Below the pieces are notes generated by a model. It did no database searches, was not told the origin of the DNA, and saw only the letters and a list, made by a program, of their open reading frames with translations. Shown piece after piece: positions 35,167 through 49,424 of a stretch of 64,000 nt of DNA (positions are counted from its first letter, which is position 1; every line of letters starts with the position of its first letter). This DNA is from an uncultured Alphaproteobacteria bacterium (GTDB lineage Bacteria > Pseudomonadota > Alphaproteobacteria > Rhizobiales > Rhizobiaceae), in assembly GCA_963758355.1 (NCBI GenBank), contig CAVWVG010000004.1, positions 574,013-638,012 on the forward strand. The letters run 5' to 3'. A program made the translations under genes and the position numbers.

Positions 35167-35448
35167 CTACTTTCCCGCACTCTGGGCGATGACATAGTTC
35201 CAGTAAGGATTGGCGAAAATTAGAATCATGGAGACTACGAAGCAGTAGATGGCCGTGGACTCGATCATCGCCAGACCGACAAACAGGGTTCGGGTGATGG
35301 TGGCGGAGGCGTCGGGCTGCTGCGCCAGGGAAGTGAGCGCGGTCGCGACAGCCCTGCCTTCCGCCAGCGCTGGTCCCATTGTACCAAAGCCCGTTGTGAT
35401 GCCGGCAGTGACGATAGATACCAGCGCGATGAGGGTTATGTTGTCCAT
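35167..35448 (-). CDS. atpE: N-type ATPase subunit c
   Basis: Two-helix hairpin with GPALAEGRAV in helix 1 and GLAMIESTAIY in helix 2 (ion-binding E/S/T/Y set). Confidence 0.9.
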   Translation of the reverse strand: MDNITLIALVSIVTAGITTGFGTMGPALAEGRAVATALTSLAQQPDASATITRTLFVGLAMIESTAIYCFVVSMILIFANPYWNYVIAQSAGK

Positions 35449-35476
35449 GGTTGGTCCTTCATCGGTTTCGGTACTT

Positions 35477-36166
35477 TCAAGCGTCAGGCGATGGACTGGC
35501 TCTGACCGTGCGTGTGGCGGCCGCGATGTAAACCGCAGCCAAGATGCTGAAAATGTACGCCTGCACCATGCCGGTGAGCAGACCGAGTGCGGTCATCACG
35601 ATCGGAAAGATGAAGGGCGTTATGGTGAGCAGAATGCCGACGATCATTGCCCCGCTCATCATGTTGCCGAAAAGGCGGACGGCCAAGGCCAGGGTGCGGG
35701 AGAGTTCGCTGATGATGTTGAACGGGAGCATGATGAAAGTCGGCTGGACGTAAGACTTGAGGTAGCCGCCCAAGCCCTGCTCCTCGATCCCGAACAGCGG
35801 CACGGCCACAAACACCGAGAGCGCCAACGCCACGGTGGTCGATAGCGAGGCGGTTGGCGGCTCATAGCCCGGGATGATGGTGCACAAGGCGGCCGCGGCG
35901 ACGAACAGGAAGAGGGTGCCGAGAAAGCCGAGATACTTCTCAGGGTGACGCAGGCCGACATCTGCAATTTGCTTTTCGATCGAGGTGACGACGATTTCCA
36001 GCAGGTTCTGCCAGCGGGAGCGGTCCAGGCCGGTGGAGAGTTTGCGCGTGATCGCAATGGAACCGAAGACCAGCACGAACATCAGTCCCCATGTGAAGAC
36101 GATCGTGCCGTTGAGTTTGAGAAACCCGCTCTGCCAGAAGATCATCTGATCGGGACTAAGGCGCAT
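35477..36166 (-). CDS. atpB: N-type ATPase subunit a
   Basis: 229 aa, polytopic. Conserved stator arginine region LSRTLALAVRLFGNMMSG. Confidence 0.9.
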   Translation of the reverse strand: MRLSPDQMIFWQSGFLKLNGTIVFTWGLMFVLVFGSIAITRKLSTGLDRSRWQNLLEIVVTSIEKQIADVGLRHPEKYLGFLGTLFLFVAAAALCTIIPGYEPPTASLSTTVALALSVFVAVPLFGIEEQGLGGYLKSYVQPTFIMLPFNIISELSRTLALAVRLFGNMMSGAMIVGILLTITPFIFPIVMTALGLLTGMVQAYIFSILAAVYIAAATRTVRASPSPDA

Positions 36167-36462
36167 GGCCGGCTTCCTGGGTTCGGCGGAGCTGTCGTCC
36201 TCTTATCGACCGCGTCAGCCGCGTCACGATCAGTTGCGCCATGACAAATCCGACGAGACATGGGAGCAGCCGCTGCCAGTCACCGTTGGCGACAGCATAG
36301 AATCCGACGAGAACGAGGCCGGTCCGCAGCAGCATGCTGCCGAAGAACCAAAACGCCGGCCGCTTGGACGAAATGCCCTTGCCAACCGTCCACCAAAGGC
36401 CGCCGAAGAAGATCGCGCCGAGTAGCCCTCCCGCCGCCCACGCGAATGCCAGGGTCAGCAGT

Positions 36463-36470
<8 letters not shown>
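36156..36470 (-). CDS. atpR: N-ATPase AtpR subunit
   Basis: Small 3-TM protein ([29 protein letters not shown]) at the AtpR position. Overlaps both neighbours. Confidence 0.7.
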
Positions 36471-39726
<3,256 letters not shown>

Positions 39727-39776
39727 CGCGGTGAGGATTCCCGTTCCCTTGAGTTCTGCCTTCTGGAAGACGAAGA

Positions 39777-40727
39777 TCAATGCAAATCCTCGCTTAGACG
39801 GAATTCGACTTTCGAATTGCCCGCCTCGATCTTTGTCCCGGCGTCACCGCGAACGATTGCCGCAGCGTCCTCGAGGCGGCCGATGGCGGCCGTTCCGCCG
39901 GTGGCTGCGACGAAGCGTTTCGCCGCCTCGATCTTGGGACGCATCGAACCCGACGCGAATTGATCGGCCGTCAGCGCGGCCGCACCCACGCTCTTTATTC
40001 GCCGCGCGTCCGGAGTGCCAAAGTCGAGATAGACGGCGTCCACGTCGGTCAGGAGCAGGAGCATATCGGCGCCAAGTTTTTCCGCGAGGAGGGAACTCGC
40101 CCGATCCTTATCGATGACAGCTTCGATTCCGATGAGGCTGCCGTCGTCGCGGGAAACGACCGGAACGCCGCCGCCGCCACTGCAAATGACGATGACGCCG
40201 CGCTCGACGAGAAGCGAGATGACCCGTATTTCAAGGATTTCGAGGGGAGCGGGCGAAGCGACTACGCGGCGCCATTTGTCGCCGTCGCGCGCGACCTTCC
40301 ACCCCCGGTCGCCGGCGAGCTCGCGCGCGGTCGATTCGTCGTAGACTGGGCCAATCGGCTTTGTCGGCGTGCCGAAGGCGGGATCGTTGGCGTCGACCCG
40401 GACCTGAGTCAGCAATGTGGCGATCGGCGTCTGGCTAGGCAGGCAGTTATCGAGTTCCTGTTCGATCAGATAGCCGATCATGCCTTCGCTCTCCGCGCCC
40501 AGGATATCCAGCGGATAGGCGCCATCTCTTGGTCCCGCTGCGGCCTGGAGGGCAATAAGACCCACCTGCGGTCCATTGCCGTGCGTGACGACGATCCGGT
40601 GGCCGGCGCCGACCAATTCGCCGAGCGACTTCGCCGCTCGGCGAACGTTCGCTCGTTGCGTCTCCGCCGTCATCGGCTCGCCCCGCTTCAGAAGCGCGTT
40701 TCCGCCGAGGGCGACGACGAGAAGCAT
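39777..40727 (-). CDS. arcC: Carbamate kinase
   Basis: MLLVVALGGNALLKRGE...VVTHGNGPQVG...GGGGVPV. 316 aa from ATG 40727. Confidence 0.9.
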   Translation of the reverse strand: MLLVVALGGNALLKRGEPMTAETQRANVRRAAKSLGELVGAGHRIVVTHGNGPQVGLIALQAAAGPRDGAYPLDILGAESEGMIGYLIEQELDNCLPSQTPIATLLTQVRVDANDPAFGTPTKPIGPVYDESTARELAGDRGWKVARDGDKWRRVVASPAPLEILEIRVISLLVERGVIVICSGGGGVPVVSRDDGSLIGIEAVIDKDRASSLLAEKLGADMLLLLTDVDAVYLDFGTPDARRIKSVGAAALTADQFASGSMRPKIEAAKRFVAATGGTAAIGRLEDAAAIVRGDAGTKIEAGNSKVEFRLSEDLH

Positions 40728-40732
40728 GGCGA

Positions 40733-41734
40733 TCAGCCGGCGATCGTGGCGACGAGGATCGCCTTGATGGTGTGCATGCGGTTCTCCGCCTGGTCGAACA
40801 CGATCGAGGCGGCGGACTCGAACACCTCGTCCGTGACTTCCATGCAATCGATCCCGAAACGCTTTGCGATATCGGCGCCGACCTCGGTGTCGGTGTTGTG
40901 GAATGCCGGCAGGCAATGCATGAACTTGGCGTAGGGGTTGCCGGTCGCCGCCATAGCCTCGCGCGTAACGCGGTAGGGCGTCAGGTCGCTGATGCGCTTC
41001 GGCCACGCCGCCTCGTCCTCGCCCATCGACAGCCAGACGTCCGTGTAGACGAAGTCGGCTCCTTTGACCGCCTCGTCAACGCGTTCGGTCACGGTCAGGC
41101 GCCCGCCTGTGTCTTTGGCAAGCTTCTCGAAATGGTCGGTGAATGCCTTATCGGGCCAGAGGTCGCGGGGCGACGCGATGCGCATATCGATGCCGACCTT
41201 GGCGGCTCCGATCGCCAGCGAGAGGCACACGTTATCGCGCCCGTCGCCCATGAAGGTGACGGCCAGATCGGACAGATGCTTGTGGGTGAATTCGCGCATC
41301 GTCATGAAGTCGGCAAGCGTCTGGGTCGGGTGGGTCTGGTCGGTAAGCCCGTTATAAACCGGCACCCCCGCATTCGCGGCGAGCTCCTCGGCAATCTTCT
41401 GGCCGAATCCCCGGTATTCGATCGCGTCATACATACGGCCGAGCACGCGAGCGGTGTCCTTCATCGATTCCTTGTGGCCGATGTGGCTGCCGCTCGGGCC
41501 GAGAAAGGTGACGTGCGCTCCCTGGTCGTAGGCGGCGACCTCGAAGCCGGTTCGAGTGCGGGTCGAATCTTTTTCGAAGATCAAGGCGATGTTACGGCGC
41601 GACAATCGCGGCTGCTCGGTACCGGCGTTTTTCGCCGCCTTGAGCTCGACTGAAAGCTGGAGAAGGAAGCGGATTTCGGCAGGGGAAAAGTCGTCGAGCG
41701 TCAGAACGCTGCGGCCTCGGAGATTGATCGGCAT
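40733..41734 (-). CDS. arcB: Ornithine carbamoyltransferase (catabolic context)
   Basis: FEKDSTRTR carbamoyl-phosphate motif and HCLPAFH ornithine-binding motif. Intact, 333 aa. Confidence 0.9.
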   Translation of the reverse strand: MPINLRGRSVLTLDDFSPAEIRFLLQLSVELKAAKNAGTEQPRLSRRNIALIFEKDSTRTRTGFEVAAYDQGAHVTFLGPSGSHIGHKESMKDTARVLGRMYDAIEYRGFGQKIAEELAANAGVPVYNGLTDQTHPTQTLADFMTMREFTHKHLSDLAVTFMGDGRDNVCLSLAIGAAKVGIDMRIASPRDLWPDKAFTDHFEKLAKDTGGRLTVTERVDEAVKGADFVYTDVWLSMGEDEAAWPKRISDLTPYRVTREAMAATGNPYAKFMHCLPAFHNTDTEVGADIAKRFGIDCMEVTDEVFESAASIVFDQAENRMHTIKAILVATIAG

Positions 41735-41754
41735 AAGTCCACGTCCTTCGGGTC

Positions 41755-42999
41755 TCAGATGGGATCGCGCGCGATGGGACAGGACATGCAGTGGCTGCCG
41801 CCGCGGCCGCGTCCGAGTTCGGATCCCTCGATGGTGATGACTTCAACCCCGGCTCGGCGCAGCAGCGTATTGGTGTAGACGTTACGGTCGTAGCCGATGA
41901 CGACGCCGGGCTCGATGGCGAGAAGATTGTTGCCGTCATCCCATTGCTCGCGTTCGGCCTCGTAGCTGTTGCCGCCGGTAGCGATGACGCGCATCCGGTC
42001 GAGGTCCGAGCGCCTCCTGAACCACTTCGAGGAAGGGTTTGTTCTCAGGCGTGATCTCAACCCCCGAGACCCCGGCACCCGGACGCAGCGAAAAAGCACG
42101 AATGCGTTCGACGACTGGCGGATAGACGGTGACGAGATCGCGATTGCAGAAGGTGAAGATGGTGTCGAGATGCATGAATGAACGGTCACGCGGCATGAGC
42201 GCAGCGATGACGCGTGCAACACTACCCTTTGCGAACAGGCGCGCCGCCAGCGAAGCCACGGCCTGCGGTGTCGTGCGCTCACCCATCCCGATGAGGACGA
42301 CACCGTTCTCGACGGGCATGACATCTCCGCCCTCAAGCGTAGCTATGCCGGTAGATCCGTCCGAACCGTCCCACCAGGTTTCGAATCCGGCGTCGCGGAA
42401 ACGCGGGTGAAAACGATAGACCGCGGCGACATTGGCCGCCTCCGGACGCCGGGCCGGCCAGTACATCGGATTGACCGTGACCCCGCCGTGGACCCAGCAC
42501 GAACTGTCGCGGGTGAAGAGCTGGTTGGGTAGCGGCGGCAGCACGAAATCCTGCGGCTCCATAGTCCGGCCGACAAGACTCCGTGGGCAGCGAATGGCAA
42601 CTCGGCGCGGGCGATGCCGCCGATCATGAAGCGGCCAAGCTCGATCGCCGGCATCTCGTCGAGCCAACCGCGCATCTCACCGACCATGTCCTCGCCAACG
42701 GCCGCGGCGCTGATCCGTCGGTCGAGAAGCCATTTTCGCGCTTCTTGAAGGGCGAGCGTTTCGCCGAGCAGAGTGCCGAAATCGAAGACAGCGACGCCGC
42801 GCTCGCGCAGCGCGTCGACGAACATGTCATGTTCCTGGCGTGCCTTCTTCACCCACAGCACGTCGTCGAAGAGCAACGCTTTGCAATTGTCCGGGGTCAG
42901 TCGCTGAAGACTAAGGTCAGGACGGTGAACCACCACTTCCCGGAGTTGGCCGACTTCGGAATAGGTGCCGAGCCGCGTCTTGGCTGCTGGCGCGTTCAT
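41755..42999 (-). pseudogene. arcA: Arginine deiminase, two frameshifts (about 42580 and about 42000)
   Basis: MNAPAAKTRLGTYSEVGQLREVVVHRPD... / ...LPNQLFTRDSSCWVHGGVTVNPM... / ...[32 protein letters not shown]...[12 protein letters not shown], in three frames. Confidence 0.85.
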
Positions 43000-44462
43000 A
43001 GCGGGCTGATGCTCCCGTTCCAGATCAGATAGGCCGCGGTCAGACCGGCAATGACAAGTGCGATGGCGATTAGCACCTCAATGGTCGTAAATGTCTTCTC
43101 GCCGTGCTCGCGACGGGCGATGACGTAGATGATGATGCCCGGCGCGTAGAGCATCGCCGCCATGAACAGATAGGTGGGGCCGGCGGCATAGACGAGCCAG
43201 ACGCCGTAAACAGTAGCGACGCCGCCGGCGACGAGATCGCGCGTCCGGCTCTCTCTGTCGCGATAGGCTTCGCCGGTTAATGCGAGTTTGGCCGCGTAGG
43301 CACCCGAGAAGACGTAGGGAACCAGAATTGCGGTGGAGGCTATGTAGAACAGCGCCTGATAAGTGCTGTTGGCGAAGAGCGCGACGATCAAGAAGATCTG
43401 CACCAGCCCGTTGGTGATCCACAGCGAGGTAGCGGGGGCGCCCTGCTTATTTTCGCCGCCAAAGAAGCGCGGCAACGTCCCATCGCGGGCGGCGACGTGG
43501 GGCACCTCGGCGGCGAGCATTGTCCAGGCGAGGAAAGCGCCAAGCACGGACACGACTAGCGCAATGTTGATCAGGATCGCGCCCCACGGACCGACCACAT
43601 GCTCAAGGACGCCGGCCATTGAAGGGTTCTTTAGGGCGGCAAGCTCCGGCTGGGTCATGACGCCGAGTGCGAGCAGGGAGACCAGAGCATACAGCGCGAG
43701 ACAGGTGAGAAAGCCGGCCATCGTCGCCAGGCCGATATCCCTGCGGCGAGCGGCACGGGCTGAAACGACACTGGCGCCTTCAATGCCGATGAATACCCAC
43801 AGCGTGACCAGCATGGTGCTCTTGACCTGGCTCATTACCGAGCCAAGCTTGACGTTGCCGGCACCGCTGAAGTCGAGGGAGAAGATGTCGATCTTGAAAG
43901 CAACCACCACGATGGCGATGAAAAGAACGATCGGCGCAATCTTGGCGATGGTTGTTATCAGATTGACGAAGGCGGCCTGACGCACACCCGAGAGGATCAG
44001 CGCGTGGATGAGCCAAAGCACGACCGAAGCGCCGAGGATCGCCTGCCAGGTATTGCCTTCGCCGAATGAGGGAAAGAAATACGAGAGCGCGCTGAACATG
44101 ACGACAGCGTACGAGACGTTGCCGATCCAGGCGGAGAGCCAATACCCCCAGGCGCTGTTGAAGCCGATGAAGGGCCCGAAACCGGCCTTTGCGTAAGCAT
44201 ATGGGCCGGCATCAAGCGCCGGCTTCCTTGTCGCGAGACCCTGATAGACGAAAGCCAGCGCCAAAATCCCGATGCCGCTTATTCCCCAACCGATGATGAT
44301 AGCCAGCGGCCCTGCGCCGTTCGCCATGTTCTGCGGGAGGCTGAACACGCCCGACCCGATCATCGATCCGATGACGACTGCGGTTAGCGCGCCAACACCG
44401 AGTTTTCGCGACGCGCCCGACGCCGCGCCAGTACGGCTTTTGTCGACAACCGAGGTGGTCAT
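42996..44462 (-). CDS. arcD: Arginine:ornithine antiporter (APA family)
   Basis: 488 aa, about 12-13 TM helices, N-terminus LGVGALTAVVIGSMIGSGVFSLPQNMA is typical of ArcD. The ATGA overlaps arcA. Confidence 0.85.
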   Translation of the reverse strand: MTTSVVDKSRTGAASGASRKLGVGALTAVVIGSMIGSGVFSLPQNMANGAGPLAIIIGWGISGIGILALAFVYQGLATRKPALDAGPYAYAKAGFGPFIGFNSAWGYWLSAWIGNVSYAVVMFSALSYFFPSFGEGNTWQAILGASVVLWLIHALILSGVRQAAFVNLITTIAKIAPIVLFIAIVVVAFKIDIFSLDFSGAGNVKLGSVMSQVKSTMLVTLWVFIGIEGASVVSARAARRRDIGLATMAGFLTCLALYALVSLLALGVMTQPELAALKNPSMAGVLEHVVGPWGAILINIALVVSVLGAFLAWTMLAAEVPHVAARDGTLPRFFGGENKQGAPATSLWITNGLVQIFLIVALFANSTYQALFYIASTAILVPYVFSGAYAAKLALTGEAYRDRESRTRDLVAGGVATVYGVWLVYAAGPTYLFMAAMLYAPGIIIYVIARREHGEKTFTTIEVLIAIALVIAGLTAAYLIWNGSISPL

Positions 44463-44555
44463 GGTTTCATACTATCTGACCTCGTCCAGTGGGAGCCGTC
44501 TGATGTCGCTAGAAATTTTCCAGCATAACCTTAGGAAACGGCAGGCAACGGATCA

Positions 44556-44569
44556 TTGATACAAGTCAA
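44556..44569. promoter_or_regulatory. FNR/FixK/Anr-type box TTGATACAAGTCAA upstream of arcD
   Basis: Matches TTGAT-N4-(A/G)TCAA. Lies 94-107 bp upstream of the arcD ATG, in an otherwise gene-free leader. Confidence 0.55.
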
Positions 44570-45691
44570 GCATCGAACATCGATGATTACCGCTTCTGGA
44601 CGACCGGGAAGCTTCCAGCATCAGAATAGCGGATTGATGTTTCGGTCTCTGTGCAAAATTGATCACCAGAAGACCTCGAACGCGATTTAGCTTAGCCGAC
44701 TTCCAGAAGTGTTTGGTTGGCATCTTACCCCTACGGTTTGCGTCCGTACGGCACGCTTCCCGACTGGCGGGACTGGCAGAGGTTTCGGACGGTAGCTCAT
44801 TCGCGGAACCCGCACCGGGATTGCGGCGGTTCACACTTGGGCACGCGCTTGATTCCGCACCGTGGCGCATTCAGAATCGGGAATCCACAGGTCCGCTCTG
44901 ACTGGACGAACCACCGTTTCTGGTATCCCACGAAAGCTCAGCGAACGGCCAAATAGCGGCGCGAAGCGGGGCTACAGGACCTGGAGCGCGCCGGAAGGAA
45001 CATGACGCCGTCCTCGACGCGCTGGCGGATGTGCTGAACTGGGTGTGAACGCCTCGCGCGCGTGCGGGCGCACGCGCGCGAGGGCTTTCCCGGAGCGAAG
45101 TGCATTTACGGCGCGTCAATCCGGGAAAACGCGCCGCCGGTGCCCAAGGAAGCCCGTAGAACTCGATTTGCGTCAATTGCCGGAAAATGGGGTCGTTTTT
45201 GTAAGCAATACGCGCCAGTAGCGTGCGCCCAATCGATTCCCGGGGCAGTTGGCGCCGATACCGGTGGCCTTGTCGCTGGCGGCATCCCAAGATGCCTTTC
45301 ACTATTTGTCCGTCAATCGGGCTTTCGCCGCGGCGGCCAACGCCTTTGCCATGATCTCCTCGATTGCCTCCCGCTCGGTCTGGATAGTGGCATGCGGGTT
45401 GACCGCGGGCGGCGCAGGCGGTGCGGTCCGCGGCTCGGCCGGGGCGAAGCCGTTCTGCCAGGCCGAAAACAACTGTGCAATCAACGGACGCTTACCCCTG
45501 ATCAAATGATCAAATTCGCAGTTCCCAGTTCCCTGTTAGCTGCCTTGATTTCCCTGCTTTGCAGAACAAATTCCCTGTTAATTCGTTTAGGGAAATTGCT
45601 CGAAATCTCTTATGAATTCAGTGTCTTGTCGCACTGCGAACGCCCGAATTTGATCCGGAATCCATGAATTTCCCTGTATTTTCCCGCAAAA

Positions 45692-45742
45692 CAGGGAATT
45701 TCGCACCAGAGACGAGTTTGCTAAAGACTGCCAGCACCGCCA
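45692..45742. repeat. Island right-end repeat, copy 1 (putative recombinase half-site)
   Basis: CAGGGAATTTCGCACCAGAGACGAGTTTGCTAAAGACTGCCAGCACCGCCA versus 59582-59630 CAGGGAACGGTACCGGAGACTTGTTCGCTAAGGACTGCCAGCACCGCCA. Confidence 0.8.
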
Positions 45743-46137
45743 GCGACCCCCACGACTTGTCTCCGACATCGCAGCCTCGTGCCAAGCGACCGAAACAACG
45801 CGGTTATTTGCGCTCATTCCCGATCTGAATCGCCCAAAACGCCGGCTTTCGAGCGACATTCGAGGCCTTTGTGGGCCGGGGTCTCTGCGCGTCATGGTCT
45901 AGGGTCGGTTTCATCAGGAACAGGGAATATTCAGTGATTTTGGCCAGGTAACAGGGAGACTGCTCAGTTCAATCGACGACAACTGCAAAATTCAATCGCA
46001 ATTACAGCAGCTTAGTAGGTCCATTCGGCACCTTCCTGTTATTTGCCAAAACAGGGTGCAGTGTCGGCAAAAACAGGCTGGGTGAATCGACCTAACAGGC
46101 GACTGGTTCGCCGAATACAGGTGTCGTTTGCCGAATA
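45743..46137. repeat. Island left arm, copy 2
   Basis: Alignable by eye along its whole length with 5422-5792. Has small indels, e.g. an extra GTGCAGTGTCGGCAAAAACAGG. Confidence 0.85.
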
Positions 46138-47391
46138 TCAGCTTGTTCGGCCGCGTCCAGATCGGATGGGAGATGGCGCTCCGAAACGCCGCGCCTGTTC
46201 TGCCCATGAACCGGGGATTTCGGCTTCCATCAAACGCGCGAGCGTGAGGCCCGGCGGCTGACGACCTCCGAGAATGGCCTGCTGCAGGTCGGGCGCCAGG
46301 AAAGCGAGGCGAACGAGCCGACGGCGCCGGAGTGTGTCCGGCGCCGATCGGAGACCGGGCATGCCAGAGCGATCAATTTCAGCCATGGCGTGGGCGGTGC
46401 GCAAGGCCTTGATCAACGTCGGGTCAGGGCGAGACGCGGATTCGACCCCGCCCGTCACATGCGTGCGCCCGCCGCGCGTGTGCATGGAGATCGGCAGCAT
46501 CAGACGAAGCTGACCTGGGTCTGCGTGATCGGGCTCGGCCTTCTCTCCATTCGCTAGTTGCCGCCGGATCGCGTTGAGATGACGGATCGGCATCAGGATC
46601 TCGACATGGTCGGCGTGGGCTTCGACGCGCGATGGCAAACTGAGCGGCTCGCTCTGCCGGCTATTCGTCAATCGCCGGAGGATTTCCGAGAGCCGACTTT
46701 CGAGCGCTGCGGCCGGCACGCGCCGAACGATGTTGTCGCCACTCCCTGATCTTCGGCGCCCTTGCTGCAGGGGAGCGGACACATAATAGCGATAGAGTTT
46801 TCCTGCCTTGCCGTATGCTGAGGCTGGCGACATCGGTTCACCGTCGGCATCGAATATCCGGCCGGCCAAAGGTGCTCGTGCGACCTTGTTCCGGCTCTGC
46901 GCATGACGACGAACATTGGCATCGAGTTGTTGCTGGGCCGCGTCGAAGACTTCGGGGTCGATGATGGCAGGATGCATGCCGGGATGGGCCTTGTACCTGT
47001 GAACGATCATGCCGAGATAGGTGCGATTGCGCAGCAGGTGGAACAGGGCACCCCGGCTGAAGGGCATGCCTCCCAGGACCCTTCCCTTTTTCGTTACCCG
47101 CCGCTTCGAGCGGATACCGCGCTCGTCCAGCCAACGTTCCAGCGCGTGAACCGAGCGAAGTTCGAGATAGGCGCGGAAGATTGTCCGTACGGTCTCGGCC
47201 TCTTCCTCATTGACGACGAGTGCACGCAATCCGTCCGTCGGCGGGTCGTAGCCGAGCGGCAGCATTCCACCCATCCACATCCCTCTGGCCTTGGAAGCGG
47301 CGATCTTGTCGCGAATGCGTTCGCCGGTAACCGCGAGAACCCGGTCTTTAGCGATGGCGGCTTGAATTTCCTGGGGGCTCATTTTTGGCAT
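46138..47391 (-). pseudogene. Large serine recombinase lacking the N-terminal catalytic domain
   Basis: From VTGERIRDKIAASKARGMWMGG onward it is collinear with and highly similar to the 5793-7406 protein. The first roughly 170 aa, including the catalytic serine region, are replaced by the unrelated MPKMSPQEIQAAIAKDRVLA. Confidence 0.85.
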
Positions 47392-47465
47392 GTCGCCAGC
47401 CTACCACGGGCACGCCGACAAGGTATCAATGTGGGCCGGGGTTGAACCCAGCCGGATGGCCTGCT

Positions 47466-47610
47466 GCCGGCATTTCGGACACGAGGTTAAGCTAATATAG
47501 CTCGTTCCTCGAACTCCACGGGGCTCAGATAGCCCAGCGTCGAGTGGCGGCGCCTCTAATTGTAGAAGCGTTCGATGTAGTCGAACACATCCGCCCTGGC
47601 GTCCCTCGTC
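47466..47610 (-). pseudogene. IS3-family transposase 3' remnant with an internal stop
   Basis: My translation: TRDARADVFDYIERFYN*RRRHSTLGYLSPVEFEERAILA*. It begins abruptly at 47610, directly abutting the stop of the lipoprotein gene. Confidence 0.75.
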
Positions 47611-49347
47611 CTAGAGATCGGGTCGAACGGTAGCCGACAACGTGCCTTCTGCAAGTGCCCAAAGGTGGATTGCGTCGTCAGCAATCCAGATGTCCTTTGG
47701 GGTAAGTCTGGAAATAGTCCCGTTTAACTCGAGTTCAACACTTTTTTGCTGGAAGTTAGTCACCCCCGTTTTAACCTCCTGCAATGGCCCGGCGTAGTGA
47801 AACCTCAGCTTGTCTTCGATTATCTGCTCGAGCGAGCGCCCGTCGAACCAGGCAGCAGTCTTGAGCAAAACGCGCGTGGAATCGCCATCAAACCTTACGT
47901 CGGCGACACGAACTTCCTGCGCATCGAGATCAAGATAGGGTCGAGCCGTTAGATAGACGCTTCCCTCCACCCCCAGGGAGGGGCGCGTCGCAAAGGTTAG
48001 CCCGATGACTATACGCTGCCCGCTCTGATAAAACTCTACCTCGCTGACGGTCAGCGGCGCCGCCGGATATCTTTCGTCGAGGAACTTCACAATTTCCGCA
48101 TGAGCAAGGTTACTAGCAGGCTTGAGTTCTACCTTACCTTCGACTGATAGCGAAAAGCTGCTCGCGATGTCATTTGCAAGCACGATGGGTAGCGTTTCCT
48201 GGCCAGCAGGAGGCTTGGAGCCGAAGACGATTGCAGGCCGGGCTGCAACGCGCAACGCTAGGGCGAGCTTGTTGTCTTGGGCTTGGCCGCTGCCGACAAA
48301 CTGCGAGAGCGCAACCTGCTCGACATGCGTGGCAATCCATAAGTCAGATCCCATGGCGATTGGTTGCGCCGCGAGCTTCGAGATCTCGGCTACCCTGTCG
48401 GAGAACTGAAGCTTATCGCCAATCCCCTGCTTGAGTTGCTTGTTGACGATAGAAAGAAGGGCCGTTTCGACGGCTTTACTCAATATTTCTTTCTGAATGT
48501 AGAGCGAAATGTCGAAGAGCCCGGCATCCAGCAGTTCCACGGCGCCGGGCAGGCAGATCTTTTTGATGTCCAAACCAAATTCCTTTGCTTTAACATTGAT
48601 GGCCGGGGACGGCAGGATTTCGGTTCCAACGACTGCCGTAACGTGTGTGGTCACGTCACAGGCCAGAGCGCCCTTCACCGTCACATCAGCTCCAAGAAGT
48701 CCCTGCTTGACGTCTACCGAAACCTCTACCCGTAGATCTCCCGCGACCTTAATGTCGCTGCCTTGCGCGTCGATGTCGACAGATGTCAGGAAAACCTTGT
48801 GATTGATCCAGATCGTGGTCGGAGAAAGCTTCTCTTTCAGCTCGATGAACGGCTGTATCTCCGATTGAACTACCTCTTTGACCTCAGGCCAACATTCGGT
48901 AGCGTCCTTGAGGCAAGGCACGTAAACGGTTTCCACGATCGTCTCGAAACACTTGCCCGGCTTGTGAAAAATATTCGTGATGCAATTCTTGGCTACATTT
49001 TTCACAATGTTCTGAGGGCATTGCGCAGCGACCTGTTTGGTCAGGCAGCCGGCAGCCTTGAAAGGAGTAACGACCCTGTCGACGACCATGTCCTTCACAG
49101 ATTTTTCTTCGACCAGCAACTTCGCGTTGATCTCTCCGCTGCGGCCGGCGGTCAGCGGAGTTGATTGATATTTTGCCATCATGTTGGCTTCGACGTCGGC
49201 TGTGTTTACCGAGATGTCGACCCCGATGTTCGACTGAGGGATGGATACCGTGCGCTGGCTGTCGTTGTCTCGCGGAGGCGCCTCAGCGTTCCAATCGTCG
49301 CACCCTGCAAGTGTTAGTGTCACCAAAAGTAATAGCAGATATTTCAT
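47611..49347 (-). CDS. Large Cys-containing lipoprotein of unknown function
   Basis: MKYLLLLLVTLTLAGC lipobox, GGGGGA SD before ATG 49347, 578 aa. N-terminal third has a Cys cluster (CLTKQVAAQCPQNIVKNVAKNCITNIFHKPGKCFETIVETVYVPCLKDATEC). AT-richer than its surroundings. Confidence 0.75.
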   Translation of the reverse strand: MKYLLLLLVTLTLAGCDDWNAEAPPRDNDSQRTVSIPQSNIGVDISVNTADVEANMMAKYQSTPLTAGRSGEINAKLLVEEKSVKDMVVDRVVTPFKAAGCLTKQVAAQCPQNIVKNVAKNCITNIFHKPGKCFETIVETVYVPCLKDATECWPEVKEVVQSEIQPFIELKEKLSPTTIWINHKVFLTSVDIDAQGSDIKVAGDLRVEVSVDVKQGLLGADVTVKGALACDVTTHVTAVVGTEILPSPAINVKAKEFGLDIKKICLPGAVELLDAGLFDISLYIQKEILSKAVETALLSIVNKQLKQGIGDKLQFSDRVAEISKLAAQPIAMGSDLWIATHVEQVALSQFVGSGQAQDNKLALALRVAARPAIVFGSKPPAGQETLPIVLANDIASSFSLSVEGKVELKPASNLAHAEIVKFLDERYPAAPLTVSEVEFYQSGQRIVIGLTFATRPSLGVEGSVYLTARPYLDLDAQEVRVADVRFDGDSTRVLLKTAAWFDGRSLEQIIEDKLRFHYAGPLQEVKTGVTNFQQKSVELELNGTISRLTPKDIWIADDAIHLWALAEGTLSATVRPDL

Positions 49348-49424
49348 GTACTGATCCCCCACGATCTAGTCTTGTCTGTGACGTGCTCCCCGATTTGCGG
49401 AGGCAAACCAAACAACTGAGAGGT

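Noticed and set aside
44570-45300. ORFs 44553-44870 (-), 44871-45302 (-) and 45062-45667 (+) between arcD and the island end
   Set aside because: They have no motifs, arginine-rich shadow composition, mutual overlaps and no SD sequences. I treat them as non-coding island-end sequence.
45302-45505. 67-aa ORF near the right end of island 1, considered as a possible excisionase or directionality factor
   Set aside because: The track start is a TTG with no SD. The only in-frame ATG is far inside. The sequence is Ala/Pro-rich with no HTH pattern. The evidence is too weak to call.
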